This document shows positions 53,556-64,000 of a DNA stretch of 64,000 bases, one piece after another (position 1 is the first letter of the stretch; each line of letters opens with the position of its first letter). A program made the translations under genes and the position numbers. Source of the stretch: Paraspadella gotoi (Eukaryota; Animalia; Chaetognatha); the NCBI GenBank assembly GCA_051294375.1, contig CM119264.1, forward strand, positions 21,547,582 through 21,611,581, read 5' to 3'. The notes beneath the pieces are model-generated. The model was not told the origin of the DNA. It did no database searches and worked only from the letters and a program-made list of their open reading frames with translations.

Positions 53556-56541
53556 CAAAAGCATCCTCTAATAACCCGCAACATCATCACAAGACAGAGA
53601 GCCAGAATTTTATGGTAATATAAATGTAGTCATAATTTTTAAACAATCTAATATTTTTTTCGTGGTCTTTAAACAAGATTGGATAATGGATATATTTTTA
53701 TATTAAAAAGAATAAAAAAAATTTCTAAATTATCAAAAAAAAATTTTTAATAGGTGTTTGTATGTGTTTGTAAAATAAATATATCTAATTAGGTAATATG
53801 TATACAACTTTTTCAGCACTATATTGACAAATTAGTCTTTTTGTTTTACGACTCTTTCACAAGTCCGCAAATAATAACCAAATCAGGTATAAAAAAAATA
53901 TTAATAAAATATCTATAATGAGAGTTAACTGTTTAAAAACTACTGTGTGCTCCCTTAAGCAGATTCCAGATTATTGCAATTATCTACTCAACGTTTGGCA
54001 AAACAAAATGTGGCCATTTTTTGTCGCTTTTTTGTTATACGGAGAAATAATGATTACCCCATCAATGCAAACTTGGCAGCTACCGATAGAAAAGTCAGTC
54101 ATGAAGTTTCTGGATTGTGAAAGAGGTAACGAGGGTAACATCAACCCATTCAGGCACAACAGTTTCTTTACTTAACTCTTTTTTGCACAGGGGACATCCT
54201 GGAATTTGTGAACGCTACTATTACAGCGACTTCAGAATGGGATCACCACTTTTACTTTGCCTTAAACCTACTGTCCCGGCGCCGAGACCACGGCTGGAAC
54301 AGCGCGAAGGAATCGGCGCTGCCACAGTCGGTGTTTCTTCAGCTTCCGGAATCAGTCGTCGTCCGACGAATCGCTTTCAAAACCGATTATCCCTGCGAAC
54401 TCGACGCTGAAAAACGGGCTCCCTCTGCCTACGACCTACGCGGTTCCTCTGAGAAGACTTGCGACGTCGGAACAGAAAATTGGAAAACTCTGATTACCCA
54501 AGGCGACATCAAGTGGGACAATTGCAATCAAGACCGCGTCGACGTTGTTCCAGAATCGTCGAGGGAAAGTTTTTCATGCTACAGACTGGATGTCATCAAA
54601 TCAGGGCTTCCCACACACACAGAGAAGGGCACAGGTTTTTCGCATTTGCGAATGTGGGTCAGCGACGTTGGGTCTTGCTTAGAGTACATGTTTTGAATAC
54701 ATCAACTTCATTATCATAATCAGTGACTTTTTTCTATGAAATTGGTACAACCAATATAAAAATTATCCATTATTTTTCTTTATATATATATAATTACCGA
54801 CATGGTAATTGGTAAATACTTTTTACTTCCGCCCTGTAATCTTTTGTAGTAAAATTATTTCTCAGATCAATTATACTCTCTGCTTGAAATATAGAATTTT
54901 TCCCATTGCGTACTATCTTTCTTTATTCTTTCTGCTTTTGATGTCTTGTGACAACACTATACTCGTAATTATACCATTTTATTCCGTTTATTCCATTTTT
55001 GGTGTCACCAATACAATTTAAACAGTATCCCATGGCATCGTCTTTGAAGTGACCTGTAGAAATACGTCGATAGGCACGTTGAGGGGGCGTCTCAGTCTCC
55101 CGCCGCTTTGATAGTAATACAAGATGGCGTCGAAAGAGTTTCGATCTCGATCCAAGTAGAACTCGTTGCGGAGAGGGTCGTAGAAGTCCAGCCTCTTCTC
55201 CGGGTTGCCTAGCAACGTCTCGGGAAAGGCTGAAGATGTACGAAAAAAAGCGCCCTTTAAATTGATCACGAACTTGAATAAACCATTATATGTATATATC
55301 TCGCAGTTAATTTGTCTTTAGCCGGATCTGCTCACAGCAGATTCCTGCTACATATATAATTCACTTTGTCGGTCCGTCGGTCCGCCCCACAATCTTGTCG
55401 GTAAGTCACTTAAATCATGTCAGAACATCGAATTATATTGAATTATGAAAAAAAATTGATGTCCGTTCGTCTGTCCGTCCGTCCGTCTGTCTGTCTGTCT
55501 GTCTGTTTGATTGAGCAGGAAATCAAGTTTTGATGGAATCGTCTAAGTGGAAATGAGTTAAAATTCAAAAAACTAAAAATATATTTCACACTTTGTTTGT
55601 GATTTTTTCTTTTTATATTTAATGTAAATTCAAGCTTCATTAATTAATTATTAATAAATTGGCAATTAATTATTTAATTGGGAATTAATTAATTAATTAA
55701 TTTTATGATAGAGATTATTGTTTTGTGATTGTGAAGCGAGACAAAGTGAAAAACGATTTGGATACGAAAAAAAAATAATATTAATTAATTAATTATATAA
55801 TTTAATAATTGATTAATTATCTGATCAGCTGCTTACCGCTAATGTAGCAGCATAATTTGTGGTTCATTTCAAATGAGATTGAGTTCTTCAATCTCTGTAT
55901 GAAAAGATATGAGAAATGATCTAAACTGTTACAATATGTAAATGTCAATAGTCAATAGTCAATACCTTTTAGCGTGATCCATAGTCAATAGTCAATAGTC
56001 AATACCTTTTAGCGTGATCCATAGTCAATAGTCAATAGTCAATACCTTTTAGCGTGATCCATAGTCAATAGTCAATAGTCAATACCTTTTAGCGTGATCC
56101 ATAGTCAATAGTCAATAGTCAATACCTTTTAGCGTGATCCATAGTCAATAGTCAATAGTCAATACCTTTTCGCGTGATCCATAGTCAATAGTCAATAGTC
56201 AATACCTTTTAGCGTGATCCATAGTCAATAGTCAATAGTCAATACCTTTTAGCGTGATCCATCTCGTCTCGTATCTTTTTCCGCTGATGTTGATGGAGAC
56301 GAATTCGTTGTCCTCCATTTCGCTGCCGACGAGACTCTCCGCCTGATTCGACCCTTGAGACCCGAAGACGGAGCAACATCCTTAAAATAAGATAAATGTT
56401 AAGTGAACGAGAGGAGAGAGATAGACTCTACACTTTGTGTACCCAGTGGGTCCGGGAGATGAAATTCCGTCGTTTACCTTTCATTTCGTAATCGTCGGTA
56501 GGCTTGCTACCAGGGAGACCAGGGATAGAACCCGGGTTCAT
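49846..56541 (-). CDS. KCNA/Shaker: Shaker/Kv1-family voltage-gated K+ channel (exons 56541-56478, 56380-56246, 55229-55054, 52989-52745, 52322-52043, 51183-50969, 50555-50346, 50071-49846)
   Basis: T1 domain [44 protein letters not shown]; S4 [26 protein letters not shown]; pore [16 protein letters not shown]; S6 [15 protein letters not shown]; all junctions GT-AG and in phase; first exon least certain. Confidence 0.95.
51433..51989 (-). mobile_element. Internally deleted Tc1/mariner element in a Kv intron
   Basis: 26-bp TIRs at 51433-51458 and 51964-51989 (one mismatch); TA context on the right; transposase C-terminus [22 protein letters not shown]. Confidence 0.85.
54008..54696 (+). CDS. 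Nested antisense 2-exon gene, 207 aa, secreted F5/8 type C (discoidin/galactose-binding-like) protein (exons 54008-54125, 54191-54696)
   Basis: Hydrophobic N-terminus [12 protein letters not shown]; donor G|GTAAC and acceptor ttttgcacag in phase 1; pattern ITATSEW..GWNS..PQ.V.LQLP..RAP..YDLRGS..NWKTL..YRLDV recalls discoidin-like domains (recognised by eye). Confidence 0.72.
55317..55700 (+). mobile_element. HINE-like element fragment in a Kv intron
   Basis: tttAGCCGGATCTGCTcacAGCAGAT hairpin, conserved block, (GTCC/GTCT)n microsatellite, then gtggaaatgagtt repeat unit as in 5851-8830. Confidence 0.8.
55944..56260 (-). repeat. 40-bp tandem repeat x8 that copies the Kv exon end plus 5' splice site
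   Basis: Unit atagtcaatagtcaatagtcaataccttttagcgtgatcc; on the minus strand ggatcacgctaaaag|gtattgac...; one substitution in the unit at 56141-56180; leftmost unit truncated. Confidence 0.97.
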
Positions 56542-57698
56542 TGGGCTCGGAGATGAATGAATAAATGAAAGAATGAATTGTTGAATATTGAGTGGTTCTG
56601 TCACTAACTCATAACAATTGTTACTGTCTCTTCAGAATGAATGAATGAATATATAAATGAGTGAATAAAGAATAAATAAACAATTGAACTCATTCGAGCA
56701 AACATACATATATTCACCTTGAGACTTGTTGTCCTCAGCGTTTGGGGATTTAGCCATTCTTCAATCTCAAAAAGCGAACGGGTTGTAATTCTTTGAGGCT
56801 TTGCGTGCCTGCGACAACAGCGGCGACGGCGGCGAAGGTTTGCGGTAATGGCGGCAATGATGGGGAAAGCGGCGGCGGGGGCGATGGTTTTAAATAGCGA
56901 AGGCAAATGGCAGCGGGGAAAATAAAATGGCATGAGGTGAAAAAAAATTATGGTTTTACATTAAGATACAATCAACGAAAAGTAGGAAAATTTCAGGTAA
57001 CCGAAGGTCACGTTAATTAATTCGTTACAAAATTTTCTTGTTTTCTAACAAGAAAATAAAACGGAGAGAGAAACAAGAAACGACAAAATTAACCATCGAA
57101 TCAAAATGTGAAATTCTCTGCGATGGAACCGAGTGACGGAATTCTTCGATCCGTTTAATTTAATTATTTTATCAGTTTATTTGTTTGTTTATTTATCGAC
57201 GCCTCACCTCCGATCCAAGTGGCTAATCGAATCCGACGTCGAACGTCGAAAAAAGACGAGAGACAAAAGACACGTCGGCGGATGCTGCAGCTGGGGAGGC
57301 GGCGGCTGTGGCGGCGGCGGCGGCGGAGGCGGAGGCGGAGGCGGAGGCGGAGGCGGAGGCGGCGGCGGCGGCGGAAGACTGAGTGACCCGCGGAGTGTTG
57401 GAAAAAACCCGATACGAGATAAGAGATCAAAGAAAAAAATGTCAGGCGAGGGAAGTGGCTGGCGCAATTCCACAAATATGGATTTAAATTCCACAGCTTT
57501 TATCACTGTTCGATTGTTTCTTTTAATTGTAATACAACTCTTTTTTTTTTTTCCTTTACCATTCCACTGTTTTTTCTCCGCGATTCCACAGCAATTCCGC
57601 TGAACTCGACAACGAGGAAAAACAATTTCGACGCTAAAACCAAAAAGCTGAGCGATAATCGTTGACGCCGCGGGACGCCGCGCCATCGTCCCGCCAGC

Positions 57699-57763
<65 letters not shown>

Positions 57764-58104
57764 GTCCTCTGTTTTTATGTATGTTCATTGATCTCTATCT
57801 CTCTCTCTGTAATGTCTCTCTCTCTCTTTCTCTTCCTCTCTTTGGTCCTCTGTTTTTATTTTTTTCATTTGCTTTCTGTCTTTTCTCTATTTCCCTCTCT
57901 CTCTATTTCTTTCTATCTCTCTATCTCTCTCTATCTCTCTCTCTTTTTGGTCCTCTGTTTTTATTTGTTCATTTGATCTCTCTCTCTATCTCTGTGTGTG
58001 TGTGTGTCTCTCCATCTTTCTCTTCCCTCTCTTTGGTCCTCGTTTCTATTTTTTTCATTTGCTTTCTGTTTTTTGTCTCTCCCCCTCTCTTTCTATTTAT
58101 CTCT

Positions 58105-58161
<57 letters not shown>

Positions 58162-58432
58162 TACCCTTCCCTTTCTCTCCCTCTCTCTGCCGCACGCGAT
58201 GACGGGTAAGCGACCGGCCTCAGTTGCCCGGGCGTGATAGACTGCGAGCGACTGAACTTGGTTTGCCCGACCACTCACCTCTTGCGGTCGACCGGCGGCC
58301 GGAAGTGGCGCTGTTTGTCATCTGCCAGTTTAACATCTAGCAGTTTAACATGATATAATCCGATGTGTTTTATCCATTCGACAGGTTTGTCCTTCTTTTT
58401 TTATCCAACACGTCTATTTTTAGACTCTTTTG

Positions 58433-58640
58433 TCATCCGGCAGCGTCGCCCGTCATCCGGCTGCGTCGCCCGTCGTCCGGCTGCGTCGCCCGTCGTCCGG
58501 CTGCGTCGCCCGTCGTCCGGCTGCATCGCCCGTCGTCCGGCTGCGACGCTCGTCGTCCGGCTGCGTCGCCCGTCGTCCGGCTGCGTCGCCCGTCGTCCGG
58601 CTGCGTCGCCCGTCGTCCGGCTGCGCCGCCCGTCGTCCGG
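58433..58640. repeat. GC-rich 20-bp minisatellite (ctgcgtcgcccgtcgtccgg) x~10
   Basis: Direct 20-nt periodicity; explains the repetitive ORFs at 58363-59059. Confidence 0.95.
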
Positions 58641-59630
58641 CCGAGTTTCGTGTTGTGAAGTCGAAAATTAAATTTGGTTCCGGTTTTCGATTTTTCTCTG
58701 AAAGAAAAACTCAGTCGACATTTTTGCACCAAATGGATCGACTTCCTTTTTTTCATCTTAAAGAATTAATGTATTTTTGTTATACGAAGGATAGAAATTC
58801 GAGGCAATCTTTTATCTGTTTATGCTTGCTTATTGCTTGTTTTCTAGTTATCGAAACGACAAGCGTAGCCCTTTTTTATCCCACCCCCCAAATCCATTTC
58901 TGGATTCTTTCGCAGACGCGTGGATCGATACGATTTCGTTTTAGTATATTGTTTATTTTTTCTTTCCTTTTATTAGGTTCGTTTCGTTCGAATACATTGC
59001 CCTTCTTGCACATTGTGATCCTTCGTCTCTCGCTCCAATTCCACCTTCTCTTGGGTTAACCTTTCCAGTTTCCGCTTCTCCCTCGGGCATTTTCCATTTT
59101 CCGCTTCTCTCCATATCGATAACCTGGGGTCGTGATCTCGCATACATTCAGTTATTTCGGGGAAATTAATCGGGAAGGATTGAAAGCAGTTCTTGTCCCA
59201 CCTCTTGGAACTCTATATTTAGCCGACTTATGATAATGCGTTGTGAATACAGATTGAGGATATGAATTAAAGCGTAGCAAAAATATTAAAATCATTTTTG
59301 AATAAAAACAATTTAATTTTTATTTTTCAATTTTCGCATACGCCCATATTTATACAAAATTTAAAAAAGTTTTTTTCTTATTTTCGAATTCGAATTCCTC
59401 ATGAAAAGTTAATATAACTCTTAGAAAATTATTTTATTCAGTGGGTAAAAATCCCAAATAACTATTATTATTAACCTATAATTAAATTTTAGTATAAAAT
59501 TTTTTTTTTTTAATTTTTGGCTAATTTGATGAAAGAATTTCCGATTAAGACTTATATTTTCTTTTATCAACTTTTTTATGAGGAATTTGAATCTGCTTTC
59601 AAAACTAAGAAGATATTAGTTTAAAATTGT

Positions 59631-59718
59631 TTTAGAACAAAGTTTGAAGAGAGATTTAACAACGATTTTTATTTCATAGTGAAACGTTGTTAAATCTCTC
59701 TTCAAACTTTGTTCTAAA
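59631..59718. other. Perfect 34-bp inverted repeat with 20-nt loop
   Basis: 59631-59664 is the exact reverse complement of 59685-59718. Confidence 0.95.
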
Positions 59719-62700
59719 TCAAATCACAACGAAACAGAAAGGAAAAAAAACACAAAATTGTTTTTATAAATTTTAATTTTTTTTATATATATCAATTTTT
59801 TTTAATCCAAGACTGTTCATGATTAACTATTCGAATTTTGATCTGAAACTTTCACTAAGCCTTAATATCCATGCATCCAGATTAAATTTTTCTCAATGTC
59901 ATTATCAAATAGCATTGCTGGAATTTTCTGTTTCCATGTATTTATAGGACATCATTGTTATTGGCATAAAGAATAGCGCAATAGTATCGAAGTCAACTAA
60001 ACAAATATCGAGTGATAGTGATTAGAGAACCTGAGAATCAGATCATTGTAAACGCACAGAAATAGCGTAATGAAGCAATTTGAGGATTGCTAAGAAATTA
60101 GGTTGTTTTTTTTTTTTGCAAACATTCTACAGTGTTTCCCAATGGTACTGTCGGTTAACTTTGACATATTATGCGGATCTGTGTTATTAAATGTTATTTC
60201 TAAGATAACAATGTCAAAGATAAGTTCTTACCATTTATGATACTATATTTAGAATTCAATTTTTATCAATTTTTCTTTGCAGATCATTTAATTTAAATGA
60301 GTCCTCATTCTCAATTTTTTAATTTTTAGAAAATTTTTCTTATTTTAAAATAATTGTTATTAAAAAAATTATATAAAAAATTTTTTAAATGGATATAAAT
60401 TATTTAAATTTTAATTTGAGCATTAATGTAAAGAAATAAACAAATATTTTAAAAAAATAAAAATTGTTAAAAATATGTTAATTAATTTGACATTTAAATT
60501 TTATCATTTGAAGTTGTGAGCGATTGAATCATTAAGCCACAACAAAATGGTTGCTATTTCTTTAATAAATTATTATAAATCAATTAAAAAAGTAATATAA
60601 CAAGTTAAGTAGATAATTTTAAAAATATTGATTTCTGCATTATAAAAGCTCTGGAGCTAAAAATATGAGGTAGTTTCTTACTGTCCTGCATCTAAAGAAA
60701 AGTTTTAAAACATTATTTAATCAATAATATAAAAATATTTGATAAATATTAAAAAAATATATTATTTAAGAATTTTTTTTTTTAAATCACTGAAAAAACT
60801 TTTTTACCAAGTGCTTCATGTAATAACTACAGGAGTTTGCTTGGTTCAATATTTAAAATTTAGGTATCCATACTTGTGCACATCTTCATTATAATGAATT
60901 AAAGTTTTTCGATCTAGTATAGGAGCAGCAAGCTTTTCTTAACCGACAGTACACTGTAACTCATTGTTAATTGATGAAAAATTTTAATAATTAATGTTTA
61001 CTGTTTAATGTTTTATTACTCAAGGCGGTTCCAGCGGCCATGTGCCACAAATAATCACATTTCCAATTACAATTAAATTACAAAAACTACAAATTTTGTA
61101 AAGGGAAGATCCATAATCCATAATATGAAACGCATGGTACAAATAGTGAAACAAACATATTTTTCATTGAACTTTCAAATAATTATGTTGACATTAAAAA
61201 ATTCCTTTTGTTTTACGTAAAAAAATGTGACAGGCAGCGATACATGAGCACGTCGTTCAAACTAAAAGATAAAAAAAGAACAACGTTTCGGAAAAAAACG
61301 TTTTTTTAAAGAGTAGTTCAAAACGTTTAAGTCTATTTTATCACTGGCCAAAATATTAACGGACAACTAAATCTCAGACTCAGAGACATGTTTTTCTGAA
61401 ACTCTAACATTTTTAAAATAATTTTTTGAATACGAGATAGACTTGGAACGGTTTTCCTAAAATATTTACTAAATAGTTCAACGATAAGTTTTAAACTGCG
61501 AATTTTACTCGAAAACATTAATAACATGAATATTGATTATGCAACTTTAAAAAAATATGAAATGCTTTCGCTTCCTCAGACAAACGAATCATTTTCTTAT
61601 TTTTCTCTGTTTCGCTCGATCCATGACGTTTTTCCAGTCACTCATCATATTTTTTTTCCTTTCCTGTAAATGTTTATCATAACTTCTTTTCTATAAAAAA
61701 AAATTTAAAAATGTTTTTAAAAAAACTGCTTATGCAAACAAACACTAAAATCGCCCGCCGGTTACGCGCTGATTGAAAACAAATTCTTGTTTTTATATTG
61801 ATATCAGTTTAATGACGTTTCTCGGTTATCACTATTTATATTATTTTAATAACGTTTGATCACAGATAAAATCCTTTTCAACGACTAACGAAAGGTTTGT
61901 CTCTCAATGGGAGGTTTGTTTATAAAAATGCTGGCGGAGTTCATGAAGATTCTGACGTCGTAATTAATCTTGACCTCGAGACCAACGATTCACCACGAAA
62001 AAAATTACATAAAAGCTTTCTCAAAACTCTATAAAGTTTCTATTACTTTCGGCAGTAAAGGCGGGAGAAGAAAATAGAGAATTTAAAATTCATGAAGCTA
62101 AAACGTTTTTATTTCTCCCCAAAAAATAGACACGAATTATTTCAAAAATTAAAAAAAACTAATTGTCAATCTGAAAACCGAACATATGGAGAATTGAAAC
62201 CTTTGTTTTAGTTATATCCGGGATCAATGGTTTAATTATAAAAAAATGTTTATTATCATCGATACAAAAAAGAATGTTTGATTGCGAAGCAGAAGTTAAA
62301 GCATTTAAAAAGGAATATCATCGAAGAAAAAACATTTAAAAAAGTCCAGAGAAGATATAAAAGGAATTTCCTGGGGGGAAATGTAAAGAATTCGTTGTTA
62401 AATTCCCTTAAAATCTAATGATAAAAAGTTTCGAGATTGCCAAACCAGACAAGCTAATTCAGGGCTCGACCAAGGCGATCGCGTTTTTTTTTTTTTTTTA
62501 TTCTCTTTTTTTTATGTATGAAGGGAAACGCCCGTTGTTGGTTTCCTCGTTTTCCCTTTGTTCCATCGAAGACCGCAAATAGTTTTTGGTCGAACGGTTC
62601 TTTGTTGCGCTCAAAGTTAAATCTCTTCGACTTTACGACTTCGACGAACAAAAACTAAAGAAATAAACGATCGTTATTTTTGTTGACTCTATCAATTCTT

Positions 62701-64000
62701 TCACTTAGTTGCTCAATAGATTTTTATTAAGAACCTTTTCCAGTTTTCTTTCGGATTTTCCTCTGAGAGGTTGACTGCAAAAGTCACGAAACCGTACGAT
62801 TTTCGCTATTTAGTCTACCTATTTTTAGCTCTTGACCATATCCCAGGTGAAAACAATTTGTTTTAGGATTCGATACCTGCCTAATAAATTAGGTTCTAGT
62901 ATAGTCAATCAATCTCCGAATTTCGTAATACTATTTCCTTCCTCTGGACACATTAGAGTCGTTCTCTATTGTGGAATCAGACCACAAAAAAAACTTTCTT
63001 TTTTTAGGGCAAATTTCTTTGAAAGTGTCAAAATATTACGTAAAAAATGAATCTTAAAGAAATAAAAGCAAAATAATTTCACCGATTTTCTCACACTCAA
63101 TCATCGCCGGATCCGTCAAAAATGTCGCAGATTCCAGATGAGCTGTGATTAGTCGATAACCAACGCGCTTCAACTCTTTCCCAATTCTGATTGATTTAAA
63201 AAGTCAACTTTCTTTCATGAAAAAACAAAGAACAAAACGTAAAGCGGAAAAAAAAAACCCCGGAGGCTTCACTTCAAAAGGTTTGGCGGGTTTCCAGAGA
63301 GCTGTTAACGACATCGGTTTTTGAACTTGACTACAATTTTTTTTCTTTTTTGTCTTTTACTTCCGTTTTTGTTGAGACTTTACAATGCGTCTTGTTGTTC
63401 CCAGTTTCCCAAAACGAATCGTTTTTTTAATAAATAATCACTGACGCTGTAAGGATTCACCACGAATATATTTCTCCCTCGACTCCCAATCAACCCCCCC
63501 CCCCCACCGGAACCCCCTTCAAAATCGACCTCGAGAATCTCCGCTCTTCAAAATCTCCCTTTAAAATCCTTAAAAAAATTCTGCTTTTTAACGACGGCCG
63601 ATTTTTTTGCGCACTTCCCTTCATGAGCTCTTCACACAATCGTTTCTTAAAGATCCGCCTCCCCGCGCCGCCCTTCCTACTTCGTCTTTTCACACTGCCT
63701 CAACACTGTGACTTTCCTCGCCACGCCACCTCTCAGCGCCGGCTTTCCCCCGCGGCGCAGCTGCCGCCTTCCCCCGCGGCGCTGCTGACGCCCCGCCGCA
63801 TTGCCGCGCACCTCCAACGCGTTCGCGAGCCCAGTTTCGCTTTCCCCTTCGAAGTCGCGAGACGTCGTCGTGTTTTTCGTCGTCTTCGTCGTCGCCGTCT
63901 TCGTTGTCGTCTTCTTTGCGTTAGTCGTCTTACGTTGGGACAGAATCGCTTTCTATTTTTTTATTCGCTTAAAGCTTACGATTATTTGAAATTGGGTTCG

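Noticed and set aside
54796-54806. accgacatggt resembling the LTR end plus PBS junction
   Set aside because: The match is only ~11-13 nt with no LTR body upstream; better explained as part of a local hairpin.
55944-56260. CRISPR-like appearance of the regular 40-bp array
   Set aside because: No unique spacers, no cas genes, eukaryotic context; it is a head-to-tail repeat.
57133-59059. Poly-Gly/Pro, SLSL and RRPAASP ORFs
   Set aside because: Products of (GGC/GGA)n, (CT)n and the 20-bp minisatellite.

Overview
AT-rich, intron-containing animal (probably invertebrate) genomic DNA with N gaps and many (AG)n microsatellites; most ORFs in the supplied track are spurious. Bases 1-19.5 kb are a ~49-bp satellite array with orientation switches. 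It is interrupted by a 9.7-kb Gypsy/Metaviridae-type LTR element (5254-14966) with TG..CA LTRs, PBS, PPT and a TTAG target-site duplication. This element has decayed gag/protease/integrase, has lost RT/RNase H, and hosts a nested DINE-1/Helentron-like element. In its env position it carries an apparently intact, spliced ANTISENSE gene for a 107-aa single-pass membrane protein with FAST/mini-fusogen-like features; this is the top finding. Next come a 3-exon GPx7-like gene and a 27.9-37.3 kb nest of LTR-like pieces with a tandemly duplicated orphan ORF. A DEG/ENaC channel gene and a Shaker/Kv1 gene follow, both on the minus strand. The Kv1 gene has a TSVGYG filter, an 8x tandem repeat of one exon/intron junction, and a nested antisense two-exon gene for a secreted discoidin-like protein. 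All exon models and family calls were made by eye; no database searches were run.
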